The notes beneath the pieces were generated by a model. The model did no database searches. It was not told the DNA's origin and saw only the letters and a list, made by a program, of their open reading frames with translations. Below, in pieces: positions 1-11,142 of a stretch of DNA of 64,000 bases; the first letter of the stretch is position 1, and each line of letters begins with the position of its first letter. Source of the DNA: an uncultured Nitrospiraceae bacterium (GTDB taxonomy: Bacteria; Nitrospirota; Thermodesulfovibrionia; Thermodesulfovibrionales; UBA6898); NCBI GenBank assembly GCA_963811165.1, contig CAWEQH010000004.1, forward strand, positions 224,001 through 288,000, given 5' to 3'. Both the position numbers and the translations under genes were made by a program.

Positions 1-1050
1 CCTGCTGTTTATGCGGATCGAAGGGAGATCACACACCGGCCAAACTGAGAAATGCGCGCCCCTTTTCTGTCCGACGCCGATTGCACCTTTGGTGAGGTAG
101 AGAGCCCACGCCCAGTCAGGTTCGAACATGCTCGTCGTTGAAGACCAGTATCCTTCCCTGACATCACTGAAGGGATGTTCATGAGGAAGCGCCGGGCTGT
201 GCGCGCTGCAATCCACGAGCGATTCCAGTTCATTGATGTTCGGCAGCCGCCATAAATAAGTCCCTTCCTGCCGCCGGTTGAGGGCTGTAGCTGCTTTGAG
301 CGCTTCCTGCCATGTCGACGGTCTTCCTAAGAGGTCGGCTGATGGGCGCCAGCAGAGGTTCGTGAGCCGGTCGACGACCATATTTCCCGCCTCCTCAAAG
401 CGGGGTTCAGGCCAACGCACCCCTGATCGGAACTCTCCGTCCTGTCCCGAACCTGTGCAGGAGATGGGTTGCCCTTTTGCGTCATAACACCCGGTTTGGC
501 CGGTAGCAGGGAGAATTGTGTCTCCCTTTCCCCGAACAGGCCATAACAGGAAAAACTGCTCCTTTCGGCCGTAAAACATTCGTGCGCCCTCCATATGGAT
601 ATACCACGCATAGGCAGTGTTGATCGCCGCAGTCGTAGACGTCCAGTACCATCCGCTGAATACTTTGACAAAGGGATGCCCCTCCGGTAAAGCTGGTTTC
701 CTGGTCTGGTGGCTCATAAGGCTTCGGAGTTCACGGCGGTTGGGAAGACGCCAGTCGGAAGAACCGAATACATTGTCACGATTCATCGTTGCGATGTAAT
801 CGAGGGCTTCCTTCCATGTCAGAGGCAATTCAGCTATATTAGCATTCATAGTCCAGATGAGCCCCGTCAGCCGATCGAGAACCGCATCGTCAAGGACCTC
901 GAATCGCGGTTCAGGCCAGGACACGCCGCTTCTGAAGTCCGCGTCCTGGCCGCTCCCGTCGCAATCGATCATGCGGCCGCTCGTATCGTGGCAGGTACTC
1001 TGCCCTGTCTGGAGAATATAATGCTTGTGCGGATCGCTTTTCCCGGGCAT
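1..1050 (-). CDS. Tandem DUF1566 (Lcl C-terminal-like) domain protein, 3' end runs off the window
   Basis: Not in the ORF track. Manual translation from ATG at 1050 (MPGKSDPHKHYILQTGQSTC...) is open to position 1 and has two repeats of TGQ..C..GSGQD...WPEPRF...DRLT.L.W...WRLPN..EL.SL...YW(T/S)STT...AW. Confidence 0.85.
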   Translation of the reverse strand, partial: MPGKSDPHKHYILQTGQSTCHDTSGRMIDCDGSGQDADFRSGVSWPEPRFEVLDDAVLDRLTGLIWTMNANIAELPLTWKEALDYIATMNRDNVFGSSDWRLPNRRELRSLMSHQTRKPALPEGHPFVKVFSGWYWTSTTAAINTAYAWYIHMEGARMFYGRKEQFFLLWPVRGKGDTILPATGQTGCYDAKGQPISCTGSGQDGEFRSGVRWPEPRFEEAGNMVVDRLTNLCWRPSADLLGRPSTWQEALKAATALNRRQEGTYLWRLPNINELESLVDCSAHSPALPHEHPFSDVREGYWSSTTSMFEPDWAWALYLTKGAIGVGQKRGAHFSVWPVCDLPSIRINSR

Positions 1051-1132
1051 CTCTTTTGTCTTTCCCTCTTTTTCGGAACTCGCCGATGATGGCCCTATCA
1101 TATCTTTCATCAACACCGTGTGCGCTGCCTTT

Positions 1133-1330
1133 TTACTTCCGTTTCATCATCATATAAACGACACCAAAAATCACGAGAATCGCGATAATGATCGTAAGTA
1201 CCCATCCGGAGTTCATTCCCCACCCCCAACTACCACCCATCATGCCATCACCTTGACCGGTGCCCATCTGGGCAAATGCTGCGGTACTAAAAACAAACAA
1301 AACCGTTAAAACAACCATTAATCTTTTCAT
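1133..1330 (-). CDS. Small membrane protein (signal peptide, Gly/Met-rich linker, C-terminal TM helix)
   Basis: 65-aa ORF with GGAGG RBS, AFA cleavage site and hydrophobic C-terminus. Confidence 0.7.
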   Translation of the reverse strand: MKRLMVVLTVLFVFSTAAFAQMGTGQGDGMMGGSWGWGMNSGWVLTIIIAILVIFGVVYMMMKRK

Positions 1331-1607
1331 CTTCTTCCTCCTGTCAAAGTTTAGTGTGACACGAGTCTTTGCTGTGCCGCAGGTTTCGTGAGTTGCGAAA
1401 TACTTGTTCTCATGCTAATGTCCCTTCTATCGCAGCATTGTATTCTCCACGCTGCGCGGCCCACCGCGCCGGACAATTGGATATGATATTCACAGTTTTT
1501 TCTCCGACCATATTCAGCCCTTTCTCAGCAGCAGGATCATACCGCCCAATGCCGCCAACAGTGTCACCCACAGCCCGATGGCGACGCGGGTGGCTTTCGA
1601 AGCGGCG

Positions 1608-4064
1608 TCACCCCTTCCATTTCCAGTTGCGGATTTCCGGCATGTCTTCGCCGTATTTGTCGATGTAGGCCTTGTGGTCCAGCAACTTGTCGCGCAGAAA
1701 CTGTTTGACGTACGCGGCCCTTGAACCCAAGCCAGGCACACGGTCGATCACGTCACCGACCAGGTGAAAGCGGTCGAGATCATTCAACACCACCATGTCG
1801 AAGGGCGTGGTGGTCGTTCCGTTTTCTTTGTACCCGCGTACGTGGAGATTCGTGTGATTGGTCCGACGATATGTCAGGCGATGAATCAACCAGGGATAGC
1901 CGTGGAAGGCGAAGATGATGGGCTTGTCCTTGGTAAAGAGGACATCAAAGTCTTTATCGCTCAACCCGTGGGGGTGTTCGATCTGCGGCTGAAGCGTCAT
2001 CAAGTCCACCACGTTGATGACACGGATCTTTAGTTCCGGAAAGCGCTGTCGCAGGATCTCGACAGCGGCCAGTGTCTCCAAGGTTGGCACATCTCCGCAG
2101 CAGGCCATCACCACATCGGGGTCGCCGCCCTCGTCATTGCTGGCCCATTCCCAGATGCCAAGCCCGGCCGTGCAGTGTTTGATAGCTGCATCCATCTCGA
2201 GCCATTGCAGTTCCGGCTGTTTGCCCGCGACAATAACATTTACGTAATTGCGACTGCGCAGACAATGGTCAGTGACGGACAGCAGGGTGTTGGCGTCCGG
2301 CGGCAGATAGACGCGGATGATTTCCGCCTTCTTGTTCACCACGTGGTCGATAAAACCTGGGTCCTGGTGGCTGAATCCATTGTGGTCCTGCCGCCACACG
2401 TGAGACGAGAGCAGGTAGTTCAGGGAAGCGATTGGACGGCGCCACGGGATGTGGTTCGCCACCTTGAGCCACTTTGCGTGCTGGTTGAACATCGAATCGA
2501 CGATGTGGATGAAGGCTTCGTAGCATGAGAAAAAACCATGTCTTCCTGTAAGCAGGTAACCTTCGAGCCATCCTTCGCATTGGTGCTCGCTCAGCATCTC
2601 CATCACCCGGCCATCAGGTGCAACATGGTCGTCGATGTTAATGATTTCCGCGGTCGAGCAACGGTTAGTAACCTCGAATAGGCTGGTCCAGCGGTTTGAC
2701 GCGGTTTCATCCGGGCTGAAGACGCGGAAGTTGCGTGCCTCGGCGTTAAGCGAGAGCACGTCTCGAATGAACTCACCCTGAAGGCGCGTGCTTTCTGCTT
2801 CCACGACGCCTGGCTTTGGCACCTTGACCGCGTAGTCGCAGAAATCCGGCAACTTCAATTCTTTAAGGAGGAGACCTCCGTTGGCATGAGGGTTCGCTCC
2901 CATACGCCGCTCTCCTTTGGGCGCTAGTTCAGTAAGTTCAGAAAGTAGCCCGCCGTTTTGGTCAAATAACTCCTCAGGCTTATAACTTTTCAGCCATTGC
3001 TCCAGGATCTTCAGGTGTTTCGGCTTCGCCACAAAATCTGTAATGGGCACCTGGTGCGCGCGAAACGTGCCTTCGATTGGCAGTCCATCAACCACTTTCG
3101 GACAAGTCCAGCCTTTTGGCGTACGTAAGATTATCATAGGCCATTGCGGACGCTTCCGGAATCCTTTAGCACGTGCCGAAATCTGAATGTCTTTAATCTC
3201 TGCAACGATCGTATCGAGCACAACCGCCAGAAGTCGATGGACCTTCATGGGATCGTCTCCCTCGACAAAATAAGGTTTGTAGCCGTAACCCTGGAAGAGC
3301 TGATCCAACTCTTCGTGACTTATGCGGCCCAGCACGGTGGGCCCGGCAATCTTGTAGCCATTCAGGTGCAGAATCGGCAGCACCGCCCCATCGGTGACGG
3401 GATTCAGGAATTTATTTGAGTGCCAGCTAGTGGCCAGTGGACCGGTTTCCGCTTCGCCGTCGCCGACCACGCAGGCAACTATTAAGTTGGGGTTATCTAA
3501 TGTGGCGCCATACGCATGCGACAGAGAATAGCCAAGCTCACCGCCTTCATGAATGGAACCAGGTGTTTCCGGCGCCGCGTGACTAGGGATGCCGCCGGGA
3601 AAAGAGAATTGGGTGAAGAGCTTTTTCATACCCCGTTCGTCCCGGGATATGTTCGGGTACAACTCGCTGTAGGTGCCTTCCAGATAAGTGTTGGCCACCA
3701 GTCCCGGCCCGCCATGTCCGGGTCCTGCGATATAAATCATGTTCAGGTCATACTGTTTGATGATCCGGTTGAGATGGACATAGATAAGGTTCAGCCCCGG
3801 CGTCGTACCGAAGTGGCCTAACAGTCGCGGTTTCACATGTTCCAGTTTTAACGGTTTTTTCAGTATCGGATTGTCATAGAGGTAGATCTGGCCGACCGAC
3901 AGGTAGTTGGCGGCGCGCCAATAGGCGTTCATCTTTCGCAGTTGCTCGGGCGACAATGGGTTGGCCGTTACATTCATCTTTTTCTTTTTCACGGCGAAGT
4001 TCTCCTCAAACCCTTTTTTTACGTTCACGACAAGGTTCTTTTTAGACACTTCTTTTACTTTCAT
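1608..4064 (-). CDS. xfp: Phosphoketolase (xylulose-5-P/fructose-6-P)
   Basis: [34 protein letters not shown] (TPP-binding) and [12 protein letters not shown] motifs. True start may be ~3976. Confidence 0.96.
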   Translation of the reverse strand: MKVKEVSKKNLVVNVKKGFEENFAVKKKKMNVTANPLSPEQLRKMNAYWRAANYLSVGQIYLYDNPILKKPLKLEHVKPRLLGHFGTTPGLNLIYVHLNRIIKQYDLNMIYIAGPGHGGPGLVANTYLEGTYSELYPNISRDERGMKKLFTQFSFPGGIPSHAAPETPGSIHEGGELGYSLSHAYGATLDNPNLIVACVVGDGEAETGPLATSWHSNKFLNPVTDGAVLPILHLNGYKIAGPTVLGRISHEELDQLFQGYGYKPYFVEGDDPMKVHRLLAVVLDTIVAEIKDIQISARAKGFRKRPQWPMIILRTPKGWTCPKVVDGLPIEGTFRAHQVPITDFVAKPKHLKILEQWLKSYKPEELFDQNGGLLSELTELAPKGERRMGANPHANGGLLLKELKLPDFCDYAVKVPKPGVVEAESTRLQGEFIRDVLSLNAEARNFRVFSPDETASNRWTSLFEVTNRCSTAEIINIDDHVAPDGRVMEMLSEHQCEGWLEGYLLTGRHGFFSCYEAFIHIVDSMFNQHAKWLKVANHIPWRRPIASLNYLLSSHVWRQDHNGFSHQDPGFIDHVVNKKAEIIRVYLPPDANTLLSVTDHCLRSRNYVNVIVAGKQPELQWLEMDAAIKHCTAGLGIWEWASNDEGGDPDVVMACCGDVPTLETLAAVEILRQRFPELKIRVINVVDLMTLQPQIEHPHGLSDKDFDVLFTKDKPIIFAFHGYPWLIHRLTYRRTNHTNLHVRGYKENGTTTTPFDMVVLNDLDRFHLVGDVIDRVPGLGSRAAYVKQFLRDKLLDHKAYIDKYGEDMPEIRNWKWKG

Positions 4065-4067
4065 AAT

Positions 4068-5291
4068 CTATTCCTTTCCACGTGTAAGACCTAAAACTTG
4101 GCAGACTGTTTTAGCTATCATCAACTCCTCGTCCGTATGAATTACGCGCACCGAGACCCTGCTGCTTCCCGCAGATATTACATCCGCATTGGCCACGTTT
4201 TGTTTTTCTGCGAGTTCGATTCCAAGAAATCCAAGCCCTTCGCAAATCCGGGCGCGGACTTCCGGAGCATTCTCACCAATTCCGCCACTGAATACTAATG
4301 TTTCCACTCCTCCCAGTGCCGCTGCGAACGAGCCTATCCATTTCTTGGCCTGATAGCAGAACAGCGCGACCGCTTCAGCCGCCCGCACGTCCTGCGTTTC
4401 ACGGTCGAGCAAGTCACGCATGTCGGAACTGGTCTCCGACACGCCGAGCAGCCCGGACTGGAAATTGACCATCTCATTGAATCGTTTTGCATCGAGGCCC
4501 TCGGTGCGCGCAAGATACCAAACCAGTCCGGGATCGAGATCACCGGAGCGGGTGCTCATCGGTACGCCGGCTGTCGGGGTGAAACCCATGCTTGTGTCCA
4601 CGGATTTGCCGTCGCGCACGGCCGCCAGGCTCGCGCCATTGCCGAGGTGGGCGAGGATGACCCGGCCTTGTGCCGCTTTCGCTCCGGCCAGGCGGGCCAG
4701 CTCTCCCATAAGAAACGCATACGACAATCCGTGAAACCCATATCGTCGCACCCCCTGCGCTTCGTAACGGCGCGGGATCGGCAACAGTCGCGCCACGCAC
4801 GGCAGGTCATGGTGAAAAGCCGTGTCGAAACACGCCACTTGGGGCAGGGCAGGAAATCGGCGATGAAACGCCTCGGTCAACAGTATCTCCTCCGGCAGAT
4901 GCTCAGGATCGAATGGACTGAGCCGGTGCAGTTCCTCAACCATTTCTGCGGTGATTCGCTGCGGTTTGCTGTACTTCGGCCCGCCATGCACCACACGATG
5001 CCCCACCGCGGTCAATGCATCACGCCCGCTACGGTCCTCGATCCAATCCATCAGAGCGCCCACCGCCACCGTGTGGTCAGTCGCCGCCACCGGCCGCGAA
5101 AAGTTGTCCGCAGGCTCCAGGCCTTTCACCCGCAAGGCGGCCTCCGGCAGTCCAATACGCTCAATCCCGCCCTCCAGAATCCGTCGGAGCGGGTCACCGC
5201 TCTTAAACAGCGCGAACTTGATGCTCGATGAGCCGCCGTTGATCGTCAAAATGCTTGTGTTAGCTGACTTCATGGATGGCTGGTCCGTCAT
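4068..5291 (-). CDS. ackA: Acetate/propionate kinase
   Basis: INGGSSSIKF, GHRVVHGG, FDTAFH, YGFHGLSY, HLGNGAS, GGIGEN, TDEE motifs. Start taken at MTDQ, overlapping the HAD stop. Confidence 0.95.
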   Translation of the reverse strand: MTDQPSMKSANTSILTINGGSSSIKFALFKSGDPLRRILEGGIERIGLPEAALRVKGLEPADNFSRPVAATDHTVAVGALMDWIEDRSGRDALTAVGHRVVHGGPKYSKPQRITAEMVEELHRLSPFDPEHLPEEILLTEAFHRRFPALPQVACFDTAFHHDLPCVARLLPIPRRYEAQGVRRYGFHGLSYAFLMGELARLAGAKAAQGRVILAHLGNGASLAAVRDGKSVDTSMGFTPTAGVPMSTRSGDLDPGLVWYLARTEGLDAKRFNEMVNFQSGLLGVSETSSDMRDLLDRETQDVRAAEAVALFCYQAKKWIGSFAAALGGVETLVFSGGIGENAPEVRARICEGLGFLGIELAEKQNVANADVISAGSSRVSVRVIHTDEELMIAKTVCQVLGLTRGKE

Positions 5292-5932
5292 TCTGCTATC
5301 TCCAATCCGCGTGCGGCCAGTTGCCTGCACGTGGACTTGTAATCCGTATGAAGAATGCCGCTAATTCCGAGACCTTCTGCGACCTCGACGAACATCGGAG
5401 TGTTTTCGATATAGACTATTTGCCCGATCGGCACCTGGGCCATGTCCAGCGCAACCCGGAATATGTCCACGTCGGGCTTTCGGAGATGGACGAAGCAGGA
5501 GGAAATGAAAAAATCTACAAACCCATCCAGCTTGAACTTTCGAATTCGGTGGGCATTCAGTTCCCGCCCTTCGTTGCTGACCACGGCGATCTTAAGCCCA
5601 TACTTTACCTTGAGCTTGCGGACCAACTCGATCATCGGGGGATACGGCTTCGATTGCGCGAACATGAATTTTTGAAACTCAGCAGGAGTAAAAGGCCGCT
5701 CCTCGTAGAACACCACCCGACTCAAGTATTCCTCAATGGTGAGCTTGCCCAACTCGTAAGTGCCGAAGGCCTGGCTATGCCGGTTTTCCATTTCTTCCGG
5801 ATCCAGGTCGAACGCCTTGGCCGCCAGTTCGCGGGACGCGTGACCCCACCCGTCGGTGAGCAGGACACCGCCGACATCCACAAACAGTGCCGTAATGGGC
5901 AGCACTCCTTTTATTTGTTTCTTTTGTTTCAT
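5288..5932 (-). CDS. HAD-superfamily phosphatase
   Basis: DVGGVL motif I, SNEG motif II, RKPD motif III. Confidence 0.88.
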   Translation of the reverse strand: MKQKKQIKGVLPITALFVDVGGVLLTDGWGHASRELAAKAFDLDPEEMENRHSQAFGTYELGKLTIEEYLSRVVFYEERPFTPAEFQKFMFAQSKPYPPMIELVRKLKVKYGLKIAVVSNEGRELNAHRIRKFKLDGFVDFFISSCFVHLRKPDVDIFRVALDMAQVPIGQIVYIENTPMFVEVAEGLGISGILHTDYKSTCRQLAARGLEIAE

Positions 5933-5954
5933 TCCTCTGCCATCCGAAATGGAA

Positions 5955-8501
5955 TCATCGCTGCCACAGGATGTGAGCTTCTTCCAGGGGAACCGAAACG
6001 CCGTCATAATACGGGATTATCCGCGCTGTATAATCCTTCGCCGGGCGGCTCGCAGGCACCTGAGTATGATACACGTGACCGCTGTCTGCAGTCGCTTGTT
6101 GACGGGCGAGCGTCATCTCCTGTCGCACCGGGCCGCTGCCGTTAATGCCGTCGGCATAAAGCTCTACACGTACCGCCTTCGGTTCGAGCTCGTTGAGATA
6201 GACCTGGACCTCAAATACGTGCTGCTCGTCACGCGTCTCAACCTTCATTTCGCCAAAGTGGACTGCAGCCCATTTATGCTCAACCTTATGCCGCCAGTCG
6301 ATCACCTGTCGGCCCACGGCCCCTTTATTTTCAGCCCGTTTGCGATAGATCATAGCAGCCGGGAGGTAGAGTTGCTCGGTGTAGTCGCACACCGCGCGGT
6401 TGGCGGAGAAGCGCGGTGTCAATCGTGCCATGCTTTCCCGCATCCGCGCTACCCAGGCGGTGGGGATGCCCTCCCCGTCGCGCGTGTAAAACTCTGGGAT
6501 CACCTCTCGTTCGAGGAGGTCATAGAGCGCCGCGGCTTCGACAGCGTCCCAGGCGGGATCGTTATCATGTTCCCGCCCGTCCCCCAAAGCCCATCCCACT
6601 TCAGGGGTGTAGGCTTCCGCCCACCAGCCGTCCAATTCCGAAAGATTGATGCCGCCATTGACGAGCACTTTCATGCCGCTCGTTCCGCAGGCCTCCCAGG
6701 GCCGTCGCGGCGTGTTGATCCAGACATCCACCCCCTGCACCAGGTGCTCCGTCAGAAGCATGTCGTAGTCACTGAGGAAGATCACATGGGGCCGCGCCTC
6801 GGGCCGCCGGATAAAATGGGTCCATTCCTGAATCAGGGCCTGCCCTGCCTGGTCCGCCGGATGGGCCTTGCCGGCAAGAATGAGTTGCACCGGCCGCTCC
6901 GGATTGGTTAACAGGCGAAGCAGTCGCTCCTGATCGTGCAATAATAGATTTGGTCTCTTATAGGTTGCGAAGCGGCGCGCAAAGCCCAGGGTCAACGCAT
7001 TGGGATCAAGAAGATGCTCCGCCCCCTTGACCGCCTCGGTTGACGCGCCGGAGGCGGCCAGTTGCCGGGCCAATCGTTCGCGGGCGTATTCAATGAGAGA
7101 CCGGCCGGCGTCCGTACGAAATTTCCAGAGCCTGGCGTCAGAGATGCGGCGAATGTCATGCTCCAGGGTTTCCGTTGTCCCCATCCAGCGGTCTTTTCCA
7201 CAGGCCTCTGTCCAAAGATCGTCGGCCGGCGCCGAGTCCCAGCTCGGCATGAAAACTCCGTTGGTCACGTGTCCGACAGGCACTTCGTCTTGCGGCCAGC
7301 TCGGAAAGAGAGGCTCAAAAAGCTGACGGCTCACCTTCCCGTGCAAACGACTTACGCCATTCACTGCCCCGCTCCCACGAACCGCCAGATAGGCCATGTT
7401 GAAGCTTTCCGAGGAGTCATCCGGGTCCCGTCGGCCCAGGGCCAGCAAATCATGGAGTGTGACACCGAGCTTCTGCTCAGCATAACCGCCGAGGTAGTGT
7501 TCGATGAGGGCCGGAGCAAAACGGTCAAAGCCTGCGGCCACCGCAGTGTGGGTAGTAAAGAGGTTACCCGCCCGCGTTACAGACAGTGCGACTTCGAACG
7601 GCTGCCCTGTCTCTTTCATGAAACTCCGGGCCCGTTCCAAAATGGCAAAGGCCGCATGTCCTTCATTGAGGTGACAGACTTCCGGCCGGATGCCGAGCGT
7701 GCTGAGCAACCGCCACCCGCCGATCCCAAGCATGATCTCCTGTTTCAGCCGCAACTCCGGCCCGCCCCCGTAAAGCTCGCTCGCAATGCCCCGGTGGGCC
7801 GGGAGGTTCGCAAGGTCATTGCTGTCGAGCAGGTAAAGGTGCGCCCGGCCGACCTGGACCTGCCAGGCGCGCAGCCAGACCGGATAACCGGGCAGGTCGA
7901 GCTTCAGCCGCAACCACTCTCCGTTGGCCTGGCGCAATGGCGTTATGGGCAATTGGCCGGGATCGTTGTAAGGGAAAAGGGCCTGTTGCGCTCCGTCCTT
8001 GTCGAGCACCTGACGAAAATAGCCTTGCTGGTAGAGCAGCCCCACGCCGATTACCGGAACGCCGAGGTCGCTGGCAGCTTTGAGCTGATCTCCGGCCACA
8101 TTGCCGAGGCCGCCCGAGTAGATGGGCAGGGCTTCACTTAACATGAATTCCATGCTGAAATACGCGACACTGGTAAGAGGAGTCTGCGGATGTTCTCGCT
8201 GAAACCACGCGGGGGCTTTCGCCGCCTGACGCCTGGCCTGCACGAGGTCATCGACCTTCCTGCGGAATGCCGGATCGGACGTCACGCGCTGGAGCCGGTC
8301 CCGGGAGACCGTCTGCAGGACGGCCCAGGGGTTATACGTGAGGTCCCATAGCGCGGGATCGAGCTGTCGCCATACTTCGTCAGCAGCGTGGTTCCACGAC
8401 CAGCGCATATCCAGTGCAAGCTCGGCCAGGGAATCGAAACCCTCGATGTCCGTAGGTAAAAGGCTGTAGATCGGCTTGCTGACAAGTGTTTGTTTGCTCA
8501 T
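5955..8501 (-). CDS. glgP: Alpha-glucan (glycogen/maltodextrin) phosphorylase
   Basis: YFSMEF, YSGGLG, HLNEGH, FARRFATYKR, EACGTSGMK (PLP lysine). Confidence 0.96.
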   Translation of the reverse strand: MSKQTLVSKPIYSLLPTDIEGFDSLAELALDMRWSWNHAADEVWRQLDPALWDLTYNPWAVLQTVSRDRLQRVTSDPAFRRKVDDLVQARRQAAKAPAWFQREHPQTPLTSVAYFSMEFMLSEALPIYSGGLGNVAGDQLKAASDLGVPVIGVGLLYQQGYFRQVLDKDGAQQALFPYNDPGQLPITPLRQANGEWLRLKLDLPGYPVWLRAWQVQVGRAHLYLLDSNDLANLPAHRGIASELYGGGPELRLKQEIMLGIGGWRLLSTLGIRPEVCHLNEGHAAFAILERARSFMKETGQPFEVALSVTRAGNLFTTHTAVAAGFDRFAPALIEHYLGGYAEQKLGVTLHDLLALGRRDPDDSSESFNMAYLAVRGSGAVNGVSRLHGKVSRQLFEPLFPSWPQDEVPVGHVTNGVFMPSWDSAPADDLWTEACGKDRWMGTTETLEHDIRRISDARLWKFRTDAGRSLIEYARERLARQLAASGASTEAVKGAEHLLDPNALTLGFARRFATYKRPNLLLHDQERLLRLLTNPERPVQLILAGKAHPADQAGQALIQEWTHFIRRPEARPHVIFLSDYDMLLTEHLVQGVDVWINTPRRPWEACGTSGMKVLVNGGINLSELDGWWAEAYTPEVGWALGDGREHDNDPAWDAVEAAALYDLLEREVIPEFYTRDGEGIPTAWVARMRESMARLTPRFSANRAVCDYTEQLYLPAAMIYRKRAENKGAVGRQVIDWRHKVEHKWAAVHFGEMKVETRDEQHVFEVQVYLNELEPKAVRVELYADGINGSGPVRQEMTLARQQATADSGHVYHTQVPASRPAKDYTARIIPYYDGVSVPLEEAHILWQR

Positions 8502-8528
8502 AGTTTCTCCTTAGCAGTTTGGCGAGTT

Positions 8529-8996
8529 TCACCGCCCCTCTTTTGCAGGCCCCGGTTCCTTTTTCACCAGGAGCACCGAACAGGGCATTTTCCTGATAAT
8601 CTCTTCGTTGCTTCTGCCGAAAAGGAAGTGCTCAAGATGCCCCTCCTCATGGGCGAGCATGATGATGAGGTCTATATTTTCAGTCTTGACCGTTTTGAAG
8701 ATTTCCTTTTCAGGATCTCCTTCTGTCACCAACTGCTTCACCTTTATCCCTTTTTTTCTCTCCGAATTTATCAATGCAGCGAGCTCTTTTCTTGTATCTC
8801 GGACAAGTTTCTTATACTCTTTCACCAAAGAGGGTATCGGCAGATTCCAACCCTGAAGGTTGAAGGGATTATGCACTGCATGCATTACGTAGAGCTTTGC
8901 TCCATATTGTCTTGCAAGAGAGAACCCATAATGAACAGTTTTTCTGTCGTATTGAGTATCCCTGCTCACAACCAGAATCCGTTTAACGTCTTCCAT
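8529..8996 (-). CDS. Universal stress protein
   Basis: KRILVV...GDP...DLIIM...LFGRS...PCSVLLV. Start at MEDVKR with AGGAGG RBS. Confidence 0.9.
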   Translation of the reverse strand: MEDVKRILVVSRDTQYDRKTVHYGFSLARQYGAKLYVMHAVHNPFNLQGWNLPIPSLVKEYKKLVRDTRKELAALINSERKKGIKVKQLVTEGDPEKEIFKTVKTENIDLIIMLAHEEGHLEHFLFGRSNEEIIRKMPCSVLLVKKEPGPAKEGR

Positions 8997-9049
8997 GACT
9001 ACCCTCCTTATAGTTGGATTGATTGCTTTTTCGGTTTTATTTTCCAACT

Positions 9050-10540
9050 TCAACCAAGGCGTTTCTCGAAAACCTTCCGGAAATGAAACCCGTAGATTGA
9101 GAGGGTTACGGCCTGTGAAATCAGGCGGGGGCGGGTAAATATGGTCCAGAGCAAAAGTCTCCAATAATGGAACCGTTCTTTTCCAACGACCCCGAGGACT
9201 ACAATCGACCTGAAGAACGCGCCGATATAGTTAGGCCGAAATCGCAGGGCCTTTCTTTTTTTCTTGGGAGGAATGTATTCCCTCAGGAATGTCCTGACCC
9301 TTTCATAGTAGTGCCCGGGTGAATACAGGGTGCCGAGTACCTTTTTGTAGCCGCTGATCAACAGGTCATAGTCCATCCTGGGGATAAAATTTGTCGCGAA
9401 ATCCGTATTGTTCCCTGAGGTCTCCTTCAGCAGCCGCTGCTCCTTCTTGAGCCTTTCATAGAGCTGCGTGCGCGGAAGGGCAATGAGTACGCCTACCATG
9501 GCAGTGACGACCCCGCTTTTCTGGATGAACCTGATCTGGGTGTCGAAGATCGTAACAGGGTCGTTGTCAAAACCGACAATAAATCCTCCCTGCACCTCGA
9601 GGCCGGCCCTCTGGATATTCCTGACACTGGCGAGAAGATCGCGGTTTCTGTTCTGGAATTTGCTGCACTCCGCAAGGCTCTGCTCATGAGGGGTTTCGAG
9701 GCCGATGAAGACGACATCGAATCCTGCCGCGACCATCATCTCCATCAGGTCTTTATGGTCGGACAGTTCTATGGATGCCTGAGTATTGAAGGTAAAGGGA
9801 TGCCTTCTCATCTCCATCCATTCGATGATGGCCGGGAGGATCTCCTCCTTCAGTTTTTTCTTGTTCCCGATAAAATTGTCGTCAACAAAGAAAACCTGGC
9901 CTTTGAACCCTGTCGCATAAACACTCTCCAGTTCCCTGATGATCTGGTCTCTGTCTTTTGTGCGCGGCGTGCGACCGCAGAGCAGGGTAATGTCGCAAAA
10001 TTCGCAGTTGAAGGGGCAGCCCCGGGAATACTGGATATTGATCGAAGCATAGTGCTTCACCTTGATGAGCCCCCAAAGCGGAATGGGCGTCTCCCGCATG
10101 TCTGCCCACTGATCAGCGGTATAGAAATGACGGGCATCGCCTTTCCGAAAATCTTCCAGGAAAAGGGGCAGGGTGATTTCGGCCTCATTCAGCACCAGAT
10201 GGTCTACATCCCGGAACGCCTCATATTCGGTCGTGAAAAGAGGACCGCCGGCGACAATCCTGACACCAGCTGACTTGCATCTTGCAATCACTTCTTTTAC
10301 CGACTCTTTCTGGACGGACATTGCGCTGACAAAGACGAGATCAGCCCACTTCAGATCATCGTCATCCAGGCTTTCCACGTTCATGTCGACCAGTCTTTTC
10401 TCCCAGAATTCAGGGAGCATCGCTGCTATAGTCAACAATCCGAGAGGTGGACTGCTTGCCTTTCGGTGAATGAATTTCAAGGCATACCTAAAACTCCAGA
10501 AGGTATCCGGGAATTCAGGGTAAATGAGTAGCGCTTTCAT
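9050..10540 (-). CDS. B12-binding radical SAM protein (DUF4070/HpnP-like)
   Basis: N-terminal cobalamin-binding domain (PPLGLLT, GGP), RGCPFNCEFC, VDDNFIGN, GFIVGFDND. Confidence 0.92.
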   Translation of the reverse strand: MKALLIYPEFPDTFWSFRYALKFIHRKASSPPLGLLTIAAMLPEFWEKRLVDMNVESLDDDDLKWADLVFVSAMSVQKESVKEVIARCKSAGVRIVAGGPLFTTEYEAFRDVDHLVLNEAEITLPLFLEDFRKGDARHFYTADQWADMRETPIPLWGLIKVKHYASINIQYSRGCPFNCEFCDITLLCGRTPRTKDRDQIIRELESVYATGFKGQVFFVDDNFIGNKKKLKEEILPAIIEWMEMRRHPFTFNTQASIELSDHKDLMEMMVAAGFDVVFIGLETPHEQSLAECSKFQNRNRDLLASVRNIQRAGLEVQGGFIVGFDNDPVTIFDTQIRFIQKSGVVTAMVGVLIALPRTQLYERLKKEQRLLKETSGNNTDFATNFIPRMDYDLLISGYKKVLGTLYSPGHYYERVRTFLREYIPPKKKRKALRFRPNYIGAFFRSIVVLGVVGKERFHYWRLLLWTIFTRPRLISQAVTLSIYGFHFRKVFEKRLG

Positions 10541-10603
10541 GGAATATCCCTCGTCATTTTAGTTTTTCACATCAGCGGCTGTCAGGATCACTGCGCCGCC
10601 TTG

Positions 10604-11008
10604 CTATTTTTGAAAGTGCTTCCGAATTTTTGCCGCAATCTGACGACCCGTCATCCTGTCGACAGTCTCAATACCGGCGATTCGTCCACCGAGATTTTTC
10701 CCTTTAAGACGTTTTTTGAGTTCGTCCTTTGCGTCACCAGGCCCGAATATCAGAATAGATTCTGCATCGCCGATATTCGCAATTACCGCATTGTAGTAAA
10801 TGTTGAGATGTCCGGTTAACGTTCTCTGACGGCTGTCACTTGCTGGTACTTGCATTGAATCATAAGGGCCCTTAAGAGGGGAATCACCGGAACGGCGAAG
10901 CTGTTTTTCAACCTTCGATATGATAAGCGCTGTCTCTTCCCCTTTTTCCGTAATGGCCACGATAATAGCCTTCCTGTGGTCAATCCATAAACCCACTTTT
11001 GTTTTCAT
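10604..11008 (-). CDS. eRF1 middle-domain-like / host-attachment-like protein
   Basis: VGLWIDHRKAIIV...ILIFGPGDAKDEL...IETVDRMT pattern typical of small bacterial eRF1-related proteins. Confidence 0.6.
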   Translation of the reverse strand: MKTKVGLWIDHRKAIIVAITEKGEETALIISKVEKQLRRSGDSPLKGPYDSMQVPASDSRQRTLTGHLNIYYNAVIANIGDAESILIFGPGDAKDELKKRLKGKNLGGRIAGIETVDRMTGRQIAAKIRKHFQK

Positions 11009-11142
11009 AGTTTTCTCCTTTGGAGATCAGATATACCCCACTTTTTCAATATACCACCCATCAGAGCTCTTGAAAACTGCATTGCTGTTATTCTTCTTTT
11101 GCCCCTGCGATTTGTCCTCATTTTCACCAGGTGATGACTCTT

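Noticed and set aside
9..1089. Short ORF-track calls (9-233, 278-487, 327-671, 617-799, 709-1089)
   Set aside because: They are shadows of the real DUF1566 gene on the minus strand (1050 to <1).
5276..8141. Long plus-strand ORFs (5276-6145, 5856-6911, 7062-8141)
   Set aside because: Antisense to the HAD and glgP genes, with no recognisable motifs.
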